A stretch of 64,000 nucleotides of DNA from Candidatus Omnitrophota bacterium (GCA_016177405.1 JACOVG010000024.1:71079-135078); one strand, 5' to 3'; shown: positions 47,413-57,543, counted from the stretch's first letter. The notes: generated from the sequence alone by a model not told the origin. Numbers and translations: made by a program.

Positions 47413-48804
47413 GTGAAAAAGCTTTTTGTTGAGACGTATGGATGCCAAATGAATGTGAGGGACTCGGAGGAGGTGACCGGGCTCCTGCTGGAGCGGGGGT
47501 ATGCCCTCACGGAGTCGCAGGCCGAGGCCGACGTGATTCTCTTTAACACCTGCGCGGTGCGGGAGCACGCGGAGCACCGGGTCTGGTCGAACGTGGGCGC
47601 CTTGAGGCAGATGAAGCGGGAGCGGCCGGAACTGATCATCGGGGTGATGGGCTGTATGGCCAAGTCCCAGCGGGAGACGATCTTCAAACGGATGCCGCAC
47701 GTGGACTTTATCTCCGGGCCGGCCCAGCTCTACGAGGTGCCGGAGCTGATTGAGACGATTTACGAAGAGCGCAAACCGATGGCAGCCATTCAGGACAAGC
47801 GCCGGGCAGAGTTCCAGAATATCTCCTACCACGCCAGCGGAGTGAGCGCGTTGGTGACGGTGATGGAAGGGTGCGACAAGGTCTGCAGTTATTGTGTGGT
47901 GCCCTACACCCGCGGGCCGGAGGTGAGCCGGCCGGCCGATGAGGTGATAGGGGAGGTCGAGCGGCTGGCCGGGCAGGGTTACCGGGAGGTGATGCTGTTG
48001 GGCCAGAACGTGAACTCTTACGGCAGACGGTGGCCCAGTGAACCGCTGGGGGTTCGTCCTTCGACAGGCTCAGGACGAACGGAACCGAATGAATCAGAGA
48101 AAACGGGTGGGAGCAGGATGAATTTTTCAAACTTGCTCAAGAGGGTCAATGCCGTCAAGGGAATTGAGCGGATTCGGTTCATCACCTCCCACCCGTGGGA
48201 CGCGGCCGAGGAACTTTTCGCGGCGATGAGAGACTTGCCGCGCGTCTGCGAGCATCTGCACCTTCCGGTCCAGTCCGGTTCGGATAAGGTCTTGGAGAGG
48301 ATGCGCCGGGGCTACACCGCCCAAGCGTATTTGGAGAAGCTTGAGCTCCTTCGGGAGTTGGTTCCGGCTGTGGCGGTGACGACCGATGTGATCGTTGGTT
48401 TCCCGGGCGAGACCGAAGAAGATTTTGAGTCCACGGTCCGGTTGGTGGAGGAAGCCCAGTTTGATTCGGCCTTCATCTTTTCCTATTCACCTAGGCCCTT
48501 TGCCGCGGCTTCCCGTTGGGTGGACGATGTGCCCCAAGAGGTGAAGGGTCGGCGTCTTCAGACCCTGCTGAAGCTTCAAGAGGGGATAGCGCGCTCCAAG
48601 GATGAAACGTTCACGGGTCAGGAGGTGGAGGTTTTGGTGGAGGAGCCAGGCGCAGGCCGGACTCGGACGAACCGAAAGGTCTATTTTGAGGCGGAGGGAG
48701 TTAAGCCGGGGGAATTGGTAAAGGTACGGGTGGAAGGGGTGCGAGGGCACAGCCTGATGGGAAAGGTGATGCCGTGCTTAAAAACAGTCGGGGTCCGATC
48801 CTGA
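47413..48804 (+). CDS. miaB: tRNA-2-methylthio-N6-dimethylallyladenosine synthase
   Basis: TYGCQMN, NTCAVRE, CDKVCSYC radical-SAM motif and LLGQNVNSY; C-terminal TRAM domain. Confidence 0.95.
   Translation: MKKLFVETYGCQMNVRDSEEVTGLLLERGYALTESQAEADVILFNTCAVREHAEHRVWSNVGALRQMKRERPELIIGVMGCMAKSQRETIFKRMPHVDFISGPAQLYEVPELIETIYEERKPMAAIQDKRRAEFQNISYHASGVSALVTVMEGCDKVCSYCVVPYTRGPEVSRPADEVIGEVERLAGQGYREVMLLGQNVNSYGRRWPSEPLGVRPSTGSGRTEPNESEKTGGSRMNFSNLLKRVNAVKGIERIRFITSHPWDAAEELFAAMRDLPRVCEHLHLPVQSGSDKVLERMRRGYTAQAYLEKLELLRELVPAVAVTTDVIVGFPGETEEDFESTVRLVEEAQFDSAFIFSYSPRPFAAASRWVDDVPQEVKGRRLQTLLKLQEGIARSKDETFTGQEVEVLVEEPGAGRTRTNRKVYFEAEGVKPGELVKVRVEGVRGHSLMGKVMPCLKTVGVRS
48052..48080. repeat. Palindromic element in frame inside miaB
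   Basis: gttcgtcct-tcgacaggctc-aggacgaac (9-bp perfect stem) within an apparent insertion after LLGQNVNSYG. Confidence 0.8.
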
Positions 48805-49364
48805 AGAGATTGCTTCGTCCGCCAGCAATTGCTGGCGGACTCGCAATGACATTGGCACTGACGACTGCTTTTGCCGCGGACGACCTCCACTCACTGCAGG
48901 AACTCTTCCTGCGGGGCGAGTACGCCGCGGTGGTCGAGAAAACAAAAGGGCTTCTGCCGCGCGCCCGGTACGATCGGGACGGATTGCTCTACCTTCAGGG
49001 GCTCTCGGCCCTCAAGCTGAAGGAGACGGAGCTGGCCCGAAGCTCTCTGGAGGAGCTGATGACCCGGTACCCCCAGAGCCCTTTTTCTTCGCAGGCCAAG
49101 CTGGCCGTAAGCCAGGTTCAAACCCCCTCGGACGAGCCGGTTCTTTTCTCCGTGCAGGTGGGGGCCTTCCAGACCCGCGCCAACGCCGTGAAATTAGCGG
49201 AGGAGCTTAAGCGCCGTGGATACGACGCGGATGTGTCCGAGGCCCAGATGCACGGCAAGCGCTTCTTCCGGGTGCGGGTCGGGCAGTATGCCGACCGGCC
49301 GCAGGCCGAATCCAAGGCGCGAGACCTCGCTCAAGAAGGCTTTCCCACCAAGATTGTTCCCTAG
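48774..49364 (+). CDS. TPR + SPOR domain protein
   Basis: Signal-like N-terminus, TPR-like helices, and SVQVGAF...NA...FRVRVG SPOR motif. Confidence 0.85.
   Translation: MLKNSRGPILKRLLRPPAIAGGLAMTLALTTAFAADDLHSLQELFLRGEYAAVVEKTKGLLPRARYDRDGLLYLQGLSALKLKETELARSSLEELMTRYPQSPFSSQAKLAVSQVQTPSDEPVLFSVQVGAFQTRANAVKLAEELKRRGYDADVSEAQMHGKRFFRVRVGQYADRPQAESKARDLAQEGFPTKIVP
48806..48850. repeat. REP-like element (GAGATTGC...TCGCAATGAC family), in frame in the SPOR-protein N-terminus
   Basis: gagattgcttc-gtccgccagcaattgctggcggac-tcgcaatgac; 45 bp with a perfect internal palindrome. Confidence 0.82.
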
Positions 49365-50286
49365 CTCGATCGGGATCGTCGGCCCCACCGGCATCGGGAA
49401 ATCGGAAGTCGCCATCCGGATCGCCCGGAAGATTCCGGCAGAGATCATCAGCGTGGACTCCATGCAGGTCTACCGGGGGATGGACCTGGGCACCGGCAAA
49501 CCCTCCGCTTCTGTCCGCGAGGAGATCCCGCACCACGGCCTGGATCTGCTGGGACCGGAGGAGGAATTCAACGTGGGCCGGTACCTGGCGGCGGTGGCTC
49601 CGCTGGTGGACCAAATCAACCAAAGGGGGCGGCTGGCCCTCCTGGTGGGGGGGACAGGGCTTTACCTGAAACGCCTTCTGGACGGCTTGTGCCCCGCACC
49701 CGGGGGGTCCGCCTCCGTGCGAAAAGAGCTTTTTGAGCGGGCCGAAGCCGAGGGCTCTTGGGTTCTTCACGCCAAGCTTCAAGAGGTGGATCCGGCCAGC
49801 GCCGTGAGGATTCATCCCAACGATTTGAAGAAGACGGTCCGCGCCCTGGAGGTTTATCAGCTCACCCGGAGGCCGATCAGCGACTGGCACAAGGCCACCG
49901 AGCCCCTTTTGGCGGGGGAGGGGGAGGTTCGTCTCTTTGGTTTGACCGGCGCGAGGGAGTTTGTCTACCGGCGGATTGAAGAGCGGGTGGACCGGTGGCT
50001 GGCCCAGGGCTGGCTGGAAGAGGCCAAGAGGCTTCAGGGAGTTCCCTTAAGCCGGACGGCCAGGAAGGCCTTGGGCTACGAGGAGCTTTTTTCTTTCCTC
50101 GCGGGCAAGACCGATTGGGAGGCGACGGTGGGGCTGATCAAGCAAAGAAGCCGGCAGTATGCCAAACGGCAGTGGACCTGGTTCAAGGCGGACCCGCGGG
50201 TGGTCTGGATTTCTGTGGATGGAAAGACGGCGGATGAGGCCGCGGAAGAAATCCTTCGCGGGTTAAAACCCGGCGCCCTGGACTGA
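49354..50286 (+). CDS. miaA: tRNA dimethylallyltransferase
   Basis: GPTGIGKS, DSMQVYRGMDLGTGK and YAKRQWTWF motifs; TTG start assumed. Confidence 0.93.
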   Translation: MFPSSIGIVGPTGIGKSEVAIRIARKIPAEIISVDSMQVYRGMDLGTGKPSASVREEIPHHGLDLLGPEEEFNVGRYLAAVAPLVDQINQRGRLALLVGGTGLYLKRLLDGLCPAPGGSASVRKELFERAEAEGSWVLHAKLQEVDPASAVRIHPNDLKKTVRALEVYQLTRRPISDWHKATEPLLAGEGEVRLFGLTGAREFVYRRIEERVDRWLAQGWLEEAKRLQGVPLSRTARKALGYEELFSFLAGKTDWEATVGLIKQRSRQYAKRQWTWFKADPRVVWISVDGKTADEAAEEILRGLKPGALD

Positions 50287-51545
50287 TGGAAAAGGCGCTG
50301 GTGGTTTTACCTTGGTTCACGGCCTCGGCCTACCAGGACCGGTGGCCCGTGGAGGATTCGATGGAGGAATTGAGCGAGCTCGCCAAGGCCGCCCGCCTGG
50401 AGGTGGTGGGCCGGGAAAGGGTGAACCGGGAACGTCCCACCCCGGGCCTTTTTCTGGGCAAGGGCAAGGTGGAGGATCTTCGCGCCTTGGCCGGATCGCT
50501 CAAGGCCGAGGTGGTCGTTTTTGGCGAGGATTTAAGCTTCACCCAGCAGCGCAACCTGGAGGAGGGGCTGGGCCAAAAGGTGGTGGACCGGACCCAGCTT
50601 ATCCTGGACATCTTCGCCCGGCGGGCGAAGTCTCAAGAGGGAAAGGCCCAAGTGGAGCTGGCCCAGCTGCAGTACCTCCTTCCGCGGCTGTCGGGCAAGG
50701 GGATCCTGCTGTCCCGTTTGGGAGGCGGCATCGGGACCCGCGGGCCCGGCGAGCAGAAGCTGGAGATGGACCGCCGGAAAATCCGCCTGCGTGTTGGGCG
50801 GCTGGCCCAAGAGATCCGGGAGATTCACAACCGGCGCGCGATCGCCCGGGGCAAACGCCATGAGGAGGAGATTCCCACGGCGGCCTTGATCGGCTACACC
50901 AACGTGGGAAAGACGACGCTCCTGAACGCGCTGACCCGCGCGGGCGCCCGCGCCCTGGACCAGCCCTTCACCACGCTGGACCCATTGGCCCGGAGGATGG
51001 TCCTCCCCACTTGCCAGCCGCTCTTGCTAAGCGACACGGTCGGTTTCCTGCACCGGCTCCCGCACCATCTGGTGGAGGCCTTCCGGGCCACCCTGGAGGA
51101 GGTGACCGAGGCCGACGTCCTGCTTCATGTCTGCGACGCCTCTTCGGCCTTGCTCACGGAGCAATCCGAGGCGGTTTACGAGGTGCTGGGCCTGCTTAAA
51201 GCGCGGGAGAAAACCCTCCTGACGGTGATGAACAAGGTGGACCGGTTGGACGAGGCGGCGCGTCTTGGCCTGGAGCGCAGATACCCGGAGGCGGTTTTCC
51301 TGTCGGCCCTCACCGGGGAGGGTCTGGCCGTTCTGACGGACCGGATCGGGAGCCTTTTAAGCCGGCTCACGAGGCCCGCCAGCATCCGGATCCCGCCGGG
51401 TGAGGAGCGGTGGCTTAAAAGGATCTATGAGGAGGGAAGGGTTCTGGAAAGGGAAGACCAGCCGGAAGCGATTCTTCTTAAAGCCAGAATTCCGGAACGC
51501 CTGTTTGGGCAGCTCAAAAAAGCCGGCAAGATTGTCACCGGCTAG
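50286..51545 (+). CDS. hflX: Ribosome-splitting GTPase
   Basis: DRTQLILDIF, GIGTRGPGE, GYTNVGKT, DTVGF and NKVD motifs. Confidence 0.95.
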   Translation: MEKALVVLPWFTASAYQDRWPVEDSMEELSELAKAARLEVVGRERVNRERPTPGLFLGKGKVEDLRALAGSLKAEVVVFGEDLSFTQQRNLEEGLGQKVVDRTQLILDIFARRAKSQEGKAQVELAQLQYLLPRLSGKGILLSRLGGGIGTRGPGEQKLEMDRRKIRLRVGRLAQEIREIHNRRAIARGKRHEEEIPTAALIGYTNVGKTTLLNALTRAGARALDQPFTTLDPLARRMVLPTCQPLLLSDTVGFLHRLPHHLVEAFRATLEEVTEADVLLHVCDASSALLTEQSEAVYEVLGLLKAREKTLLTVMNKVDRLDEAARLGLERRYPEAVFLSALTGEGLAVLTDRIGSLLSRLTRPASIRIPPGEERWLKRIYEEGRVLEREDQPEAILLKARIPERLFGQLKKAGKIVTG

Positions 51546-51561
51546 GCACTGATGTTACCCC

Positions 51562-51589
51562 TTGACAGGATTTGGCGGAGTGGTAAACT
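51562..51589 (+). promoter_or_regulatory. sigma70 promoter of the hrcA operon
   Basis: TTGACA, 16-bp spacer, TGnTAAACT extended -10. Confidence 0.7.
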
Positions 51590-51598
51590 TACTATTGG

Positions 51599-51625
51599 TT
51601 ATCACTCTCAATGAAAGAGTGCTAG
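51599..51625 (+). promoter_or_regulatory. CIRCE element (HrcA operator)
   Basis: TTATCACTC-N9-GAGTGCTAG against consensus TTAGCACTC-N9-GAGTGCTAA, directly upstream of hrcA. Confidence 0.9.
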
Positions 51626-51638
51626 GAATAGAGAAAAT

Positions 51639-52676
51639 ATGGACACAACTCATTTAAGATCAAGAACTTATAGGATATTTGAGTCAATCATACAGGCCCA
51701 CGTCGAGTCAGCCTGCCCGGTTGGGTCAGAGTTTTTGTGCCAGAGAAACCGCTTTGGGGTCAGCCCCGCCACCATCCGGAACGTCATGGTCGAGCTGGAG
51801 GGGCTGGGGCTGATCACTCATCCGCACACCTCCGCCGGGAGGGTTCCCACCGACCGAGGCTGGCGCTATTACGTGGATCTCCTGATGGAGCCCAGCCGTT
51901 TAAGGCCCGAGGAAGAGGAATTGATTGAAGGTTTTTCAGAACCGGAAACAGACGACGCGCAGGAGATTCTATCCCTGGCGGCCCGCTTGCTGGGGGAGCT
52001 GACCGATGGGGCGGGGGTTGTCCTGGTGCCGCAATTGAGCCAGGGCTCTTACCGGTACCTCAAGCTGATCCGTGTCACCCCGGAGGAGATCGTGGCGGTC
52101 CTGATCTCTTCGGAGGGTTTGGTGCGGCATACGCGAATGGAGCTCGCGGAGGCGCTGGCGGAGGAGGAGCTTGCCCGGATAGAGCACCTCCTGAACCAGG
52201 AGCTTGCCGGGATGCCGCTGGCCCAGGTGCAGGGGTATCTCCAGCATGTCTTGATGGGTTCGGAGTCTCCGGTTTATCCGCTCGTCAAGCGGGCGTTGAC
52301 CCTGCTGTCTTTGGGAAACCTCCTGGAGGAGGCGGCGGCGTTGATCTTGGAAGGCTCCAGCCGGGTTTTAAAGGCCCCGGAATTCGTCAGGGACATGGAG
52401 CGAACCAGGCGTTTGGTGAGGGCGTTGGAGGAGAAGGAGGATCTGATCGAGATTCTCCGGCGCGACCTGTCGGCCGACACGATAAAAATCCACATCGGCT
52501 CGGAGAACCGGGGAACCCCCCTGACCGACTGCGCGATTGTGGCCGCCCCCTACCGCCTGCGGGGCGGCGTCAACGGAACCTTGGGAGTCGTGGGGCCGAC
52601 CCGGATGAATTACCCCAGGGTGACCGCGATCGTTCACCGGATGGCCCAGGCGGTCGGCCGGGCCTTTGAGGGATGA
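51639..52676 (+). CDS. hrcA: Heat-inducible transcription repressor
   Basis: SPATIRN, HTSAGRVPT and GPTRMNY motifs. Confidence 0.95.
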   Translation: MDTTHLRSRTYRIFESIIQAHVESACPVGSEFLCQRNRFGVSPATIRNVMVELEGLGLITHPHTSAGRVPTDRGWRYYVDLLMEPSRLRPEEEELIEGFSEPETDDAQEILSLAARLLGELTDGAGVVLVPQLSQGSYRYLKLIRVTPEEIVAVLISSEGLVRHTRMELAEALAEEELARIEHLLNQELAGMPLAQVQGYLQHVLMGSESPVYPLVKRALTLLSLGNLLEEAAALILEGSSRVLKAPEFVRDMERTRRLVRALEEKEDLIEILRRDLSADTIKIHIGSENRGTPLTDCAIVAAPYRLRGGVNGTLGVVGPTRMNYPRVTAIVHRMAQAVGRAFEG

Positions 52677-53167
52677 AGGCCGAGCCGGAGAAACCCGCGG
52701 CCGAGCCCAAGCCGGCGCTCGCGCCGGCCGATGAGGTTGCTGGGCTCAAGGATCAGCTCCTGCGCTTGAGGGCGGAATTCGAGAACGCCAGGAAGCGCTG
52801 GCTCAAGGAGGTGACCGAGGTCGAGGAGAATTCAAACGCGGATCTTTTGCGCGAACTGCTGGACATTTACGACGACTTTGAAAGGGCCCTGGCGACTGTG
52901 CCGGCGCAAACCGAGAACAAGCCGATTCGCTCCGGCGTGGAGATGATCGCCAAGAGAATGGAGGGTTTCTTGAAGTCGTACGGGGTGACCCCTATGGAAA
53001 CCCAGGGCAAACTCTTCGATCCCTTGCTGCACGAGGCGGTCGCCCACGAGGAAAACGCCTCGGTTCAGGAATCCACGGTCTTGGAAGAACTTAAAAAGGG
53101 CTACCTCATAAATGGACGTGTCTTACGGCACGCCATGGTGAAGGTGGCCGTTCATAAGGAGGGTTAG
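52673..53167 (+). CDS. grpE: Nucleotide exchange factor GrpE
   Basis: [17 protein letters not shown] and GY...RVLR motifs. Confidence 0.95.
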   Translation: MKAEPEKPAAEPKPALAPADEVAGLKDQLLRLRAEFENARKRWLKEVTEVEENSNADLLRELLDIYDDFERALATVPAQTENKPIRSGVEMIAKRMEGFLKSYGVTPMETQGKLFDPLLHEAVAHEENASVQESTVLEELKKGYLINGRVLRHAMVKVAVHKEG

Positions 53168-53169
53168 CG

Positions 53170-55080
53170 ATGGGAAGGGCCATTGGAATTGATTTGGGAA
53201 CGTCCAACTCCGCGGCGGCCGTGATGGAAGGGGCCCGGCCGGTGATCATCCCTTCGGCGGAGGGGACCACCGTCGGGGGGAAAGCCTTCCCCTCGTACGT
53301 GGCCATCACCAAGGACGGCCAGCGCCTGGTGGGCGAGCCGGCCCGGCGGCAGGCGGCCATCAACCCCGAGGGGACGGTCATCGCCGCGAAAAGGAAGATG
53401 GGCACGGACCATCTCTTTAAAATCCACGGGAAGGAATACACGCCCCAGCAGATCTCGGCCTTCATTTTGCAGAAGATCCGGCAGGATGCCGAAAGCTATC
53501 TTTCCGGCCAGGTGGAGGAAGCGGTGATCACGGTCCCGGCCTACTTCAACGACAACCAGCGCCAGGCCACCAAGGACGCCGGGGAGATCGCCGGGTTGAA
53601 GGTTCTGCGGATCATCAACGAGCCGACCGCCGCCTGCCTGGCCTACGGTTTGGACAAGGCCGAACAGGAACAGAAGATCCTGGTCTTTGACTTAGGCGGC
53701 GGCACCCTGGATGTGACGATCATGGAGATGTATTACGTCAAGGAGGAGAAGACCTCCGGCTTTGAGGTTCTCTCCACCTCCGGGGACACCCAGCTGGGCG
53801 GCACCGACATGGACAACACCCTGATCGACCACATCGCCCTGGAGTTCAAGAGGGAGACGGGCCTGGACGTCCGCAACGACAAGATGGCCCTCCAGCGGGT
53901 CCGGGAGGCGGCCGAAAAGGCGAAGATCGAGCTTTCAAACGTTTTGCAGACCGACATCAACCTCCCCTTCATCACGGCCGACGCGACGGGTCCCAAGCAC
54001 CTGACCCTGACCGTGAGCCGCGCCAAGCTGGAGGAGCTGATCGGCCCCATCATCGAGCGCTGCCGGCACCCCCTGGAGCAGGCCCTCTCCGACGCCAAGC
54101 TCGCGGCCGACGGAGTGGACAAGGTGATCCTGGTGGGCGGGCCCACCCGGATGCCGATCGTCCAGCGTTTTGTCGAGGCGTACGTCGGCCCCAAGAAGGT
54201 GGTTCGGGGGATCGACCCCATGGAGTGCGTGGCCATGGGGGCCGCCATCCAGGCGGCGGCCTTGAAGGGGGAGATCAAGGACATCCAGCTTCTGGATGTG
54301 ACCCCGCTTTCCTTGGGAATAGAAACGCTGGGCGGGGTTTTCACCAAGCTGATCGAGAGGAATACCACCATCCCCACCCGGAAATCCCAGGTCTTCTCCA
54401 CTGCCGAGAACAACCAGCCGGCGGTGACCGTGCGGGTCCTTCAGGGCGAGCGGGCTATGGCCGGCGACAACGTGGAGCTGGGACGATTTGACCTGGTCGG
54501 GATTCCTCCGGCGCCCCGCGGCATCCCGCAGATCGAGGTCACCTTCGACATTGACGCCAACGGCATTGTGCACGTTTCGGCCAAGGACCGGGGAACCGGC
54601 AAGGAGCAGTCGATCCGGATCACGGCGCCTCACAAGCTCGCCGCCGATGAGATTGACCGGATGGTGAAGCAGGCCGAGCAGTTCGCCGACGCCGACAAGA
54701 AGCGGCGCGAGGAGGTGGAGCTTAAGAACCAGGCCGACACCTTGGCCTACGCCACCGAGAAGGGCCTCAAGGATTTCGGGGACAAGGTTTCTCCGGTTGA
54801 CCGGGCGCAGGTGGAAGAGAAATTGAAGACCCTGAAGGCCGCCCTTCAGGGATCGGATTCCGCCGCCATCCGCAAGGCGATGGAGGAGCTCACCTCGGTC
54901 AGCCACAAGCTGGCGGAGGAGGCCTACCGGGCCTCGGCGGCCAAGACGCAGGGCGCGTCAGGACCCGGCGGCGCCGGCAATGGTCCGGACTCCGGTTCGG
55001 GGGAGGCTGGCCCCGCCCAGGAGAAGAAGAAAGAGGATGTCATCGACGCCGAATTCAAGGTGGACGACGAGAAGCCGTGA
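53170..55080 (+). CDS. dnaK: Chaperone DnaK
   Basis: [25 protein letters not shown] and [13 protein letters not shown] motifs. Confidence 0.97.
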   Translation: MGRAIGIDLGTSNSAAAVMEGARPVIIPSAEGTTVGGKAFPSYVAITKDGQRLVGEPARRQAAINPEGTVIAAKRKMGTDHLFKIHGKEYTPQQISAFILQKIRQDAESYLSGQVEEAVITVPAYFNDNQRQATKDAGEIAGLKVLRIINEPTAACLAYGLDKAEQEQKILVFDLGGGTLDVTIMEMYYVKEEKTSGFEVLSTSGDTQLGGTDMDNTLIDHIALEFKRETGLDVRNDKMALQRVREAAEKAKIELSNVLQTDINLPFITADATGPKHLTLTVSRAKLEELIGPIIERCRHPLEQALSDAKLAADGVDKVILVGGPTRMPIVQRFVEAYVGPKKVVRGIDPMECVAMGAAIQAAALKGEIKDIQLLDVTPLSLGIETLGGVFTKLIERNTTIPTRKSQVFSTAENNQPAVTVRVLQGERAMAGDNVELGRFDLVGIPPAPRGIPQIEVTFDIDANGIVHVSAKDRGTGKEQSIRITAPHKLAADEIDRMVKQAEQFADADKKRREEVELKNQADTLAYATEKGLKDFGDKVSPVDRAQVEEKLKTLKAALQGSDSAAIRKAMEELTSVSHKLAEEAYRASAAKTQGASGPGGAGNGPDSGSGEAGPAQEKKKEDVIDAEFKVDDEKP

Positions 55081-55096
55081 CCCTTCCGGCGGAAAG

Positions 55097-55145
55097 GTCA
55101 TCCTCACGAAAGTGAGGATCTGATCCCCGCTTTCGCGGGGATGAC
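55097..55145. repeat. Double-hairpin REP-like element, inverted copy of 3479-3527
   Basis: 45/49 identical to the reverse complement of 3479-3527. Confidence 0.88.
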
Positions 55146-55157
55146 AGCGAGGTTGAA

Positions 55158-56327
55158 ATGCCGGTAGCGAAGAAGGATTACTATGAGGTCTTAGGCGTCG
55201 GCCGCCAGGCCAGCGCCGATGAGGTCAAGCAGGCGTTTCGGCGACTGGCGATGAAGCACCACCCGGACCGCCACGCCACCACCAACAAGAAAGAGGCGGA
55301 GGAGAAGTTCAAGGAGATCTCCGAGGCCTACGAGGTCCTAAGCGACGCTCAAAAACGCTCCGCCTACGACCAGTACGGCCACTCCGGAGTGGAGGGGGCG
55401 TTCCGGCACGGCAATTTCAGCTGGGAGGACTTCACCCATTTTGAGGATTTGTCAGACCTCTTTGGCGGGCTCGATGACGTGCTTTCTTCCTTTGGCCTGG
55501 GAGGAATGTTTGGGGCGGGGGGGCGGTCCCGCTCCCGGCCGGGGCAGGGGGCTGCCGGTGAAGATCTGGGTGCCGCCCTGGAGGTGGATCTCCCGCAGGT
55601 TTTGACGGGAACCGAGATTCCCCTGGCTTACAAAAGGCGGGAGGTCTGCGCCGCTTGCTCGGGAACCGGCAGCCGGGACCCCAAGGGCCGTGTCACCTGT
55701 CCGGAGTGCCAGGGGCACGGTCAGGTCCGGATGAGCTCCGGTTTTTTCACCATGGCCACCACCTGCCGCCGCTGCCGGGGGCAAGGAGAGATCATCAAGG
55801 AGGCTTGTCCGGCCTGCCGCGGCCAGGGACGAACCGTGGAGGACCGGAAGCTGACGGTCCGGGTGCCGGCGGGGGTGGATTCGGGGGTCCGGCTCAAGCT
55901 CTCCGGGGAAGGGGAGGCCGGTCTCAAGGGGGCGCCCCGAGGAGATCTTTACGTGGAGATCCGGGTCCGGCCGCACCCTCTCTTTGAGCGCCACGGGGAT
56001 GACCTTTACTGCGAGCTTCCGATCAGCATGGTTCAGGCGTCGCTGGGCTGTGAGCTTTCGGCGCCGACGCTGGATGGCACCGTCACCATGAAGATCCCTC
56101 CCGGGACGCAGCCGGGCTCCCTGTTCCGGCTGCGGGGCAAGGGGTTGCCCTCCCTGCGCGGCGGGGGCCGGGGAGACCAGATGGTCCGGGTGGAGGTGGA
56201 GATTCCGGCTCGGTTGACGGCCCAGGGGAAGAAACTCCTTGAAGAATTTTCCAGGATAAGCGAAGATCATCTTTTTCCTGGAATCGAGAAGTTCTGGCGG
56301 CAAGTGAAGGGGTGGATGAAGCCATAG
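55158..56327 (+). CDS. dnaJ: Chaperone DnaJ
   Basis: HPD motif, G/F region and four CxxCxGxG repeats. Confidence 0.97.
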   Translation: MPVAKKDYYEVLGVGRQASADEVKQAFRRLAMKHHPDRHATTNKKEAEEKFKEISEAYEVLSDAQKRSAYDQYGHSGVEGAFRHGNFSWEDFTHFEDLSDLFGGLDDVLSSFGLGGMFGAGGRSRSRPGQGAAGEDLGAALEVDLPQVLTGTEIPLAYKRREVCAACSGTGSRDPKGRVTCPECQGHGQVRMSSGFFTMATTCRRCRGQGEIIKEACPACRGQGRTVEDRKLTVRVPAGVDSGVRLKLSGEGEAGLKGAPRGDLYVEIRVRPHPLFERHGDDLYCELPISMVQASLGCELSAPTLDGTVTMKIPPGTQPGSLFRLRGKGLPSLRGGGRGDQMVRVEVEIPARLTAQGKKLLEEFSRISEDHLFPGIEKFWRQVKGWMKP

Positions 56328-56605
56328 AGCCCCTTTCGCAACCTCCCGTGGCCGCGCTTAAGCTTAAATGCGAGCAGCGCAAGGAGCGAGGAGGAGGCGT
56401 ATCATGAGGGTCAGGATACGGTGACGACGAGCGACGAAGCGATGCGACGCATTTCAGCTAAGCCCTCCGGGTTGCGGCGGCAGGCGGCCATCTCCTTTGT
56501 CTCTCCTCCTCGGCGTACTCCATGAGTACGCCATCGTCGTCGTTCCTCGGATCTGGCCGCCTGGCGCTCGCAACGCGGCTCACGCGAGGTTGCGAAAGGG
56601 GCTCT
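56326..56605. mobile_element. 280-bp MITE-like element
   Basis: Perfect 20-bp terminal inverted repeat AGAGCCCCTTTCGCAACCTC, extending imperfectly to about 31 bp; internal hairpin ggcgtactc-cat-gagtacgcc; no transposase. Confidence 0.78.
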
Positions 56606-56608
56606 TAA

Positions 56609-56881
56609 ATGCCTACCTACGAGTATAAATGCGGCCATTGCGGCCGCCGGTTTGAGCGGTTTCAGCCGATCACCTCCAAGCCCGCGGCCCCCTGCCCGAA
56701 GTGCAAACGGTCGGCCAAGAGGCTGATCTCCGCGGGGGCGGGCCTTTTGTTCAAGGGGTCCGGGTTTTACGCCACCGACTACCGTTCCAGCGACTACAAG
56801 AAAAAGGCCAAGAGCGAAGGCCAGCCCCCCTGCGGCGCTTCCTCCAAGGCCGCGTGCCCGAAACCGTCGTGTAAGGCGTGA
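56609..56881 (+). CDS. FmdB-family zinc-ribbon protein
   Basis: MPTYEYKCGHC...CPKC...FKGSGFYATDY motif. Confidence 0.9.
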   Translation: MPTYEYKCGHCGRRFERFQPITSKPAAPCPKCKRSAKRLISAGAGLLFKGSGFYATDYRSSDYKKKAKSEGQPPCGASSKAACPKPSCKA

Positions 56882-57543
56882 CCCCGCGAAGGTTCGACCG
56901 CATCCTGTCGGAGCTTCGGGAGCATGTGCCCTACACCATCTTCGCGGCCCTGATGGGGGTGGCGGCCCTGGGAGCGGTGACCCTGGCCGCCAATCTCACC
57001 CAGCGCGAGGCGCTCCTGCCGCGGGCGTCGCTTTCCCTCTTTCACTCCTTTCACTTTCTCCACCTCTTTTTCTCCGCCATAGCGACCACCGCGATGTTCT
57101 GGAGGCATGAGCGCCGGGTGGCGAAGGCGGTCGGGGTCGGTTTCTTCGGAACGGTGATCCCCTGCAGCACCAGCGATATCCTCTTCCCCTGGATAGGCGG
57201 CCGGTGGATGGGGGCCGACACCACCCTGCATGTCTGCCTTGCCGAGCACCCCCTTTTGGTGCTGACCTTTGTTCTGGGGGGGATCCTCGTGGGGTTCGCG
57301 CTGCCTCCGATCACGCGCTCGACCCTCTTTTCCCATGGGGCCCATGTTCTCCTGTCCAGCATGGCCTCGATGCTGTATCTGGTTTCCTTTGGGATCGCCG
57401 ACTGGCTTAAGATGCTGGCCCTGGTTTTTCTGCTCTTGCTGGCTTCGGTCATGATTCCCTGCTGCACCAGCGACATCATCCTGCCGCTTTTATTCACCGA
57501 GTACGAAACATCCGAAGACCGTGCCCGTCATTGCGCCGTTTAA
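56878..57543 (+). CDS. His/Cys-containing membrane protein of unknown function
   Basis: Six hydrophobic segments; internal repeat PCSTSDILFP / PCCTSDIILP. Confidence 0.7.
   Translation: MTPRRFDRILSELREHVPYTIFAALMGVAALGAVTLAANLTQREALLPRASLSLFHSFHFLHLFFSAIATTAMFWRHERRVAKAVGVGFFGTVIPCSTSDILFPWIGGRWMGADTTLHVCLAEHPLLVLTFVLGGILVGFALPPITRSTLFSHGAHVLLSSMASMLYLVSFGIADWLKMLALVFLLLLASVMIPCCTSDIILPLLFTEYETSEDRARHCAV

Noticed and set aside
49354-51545. miaA directly followed by hflX with no hfq
   Set aside because: Many lineages lack hfq at this position; not informative.
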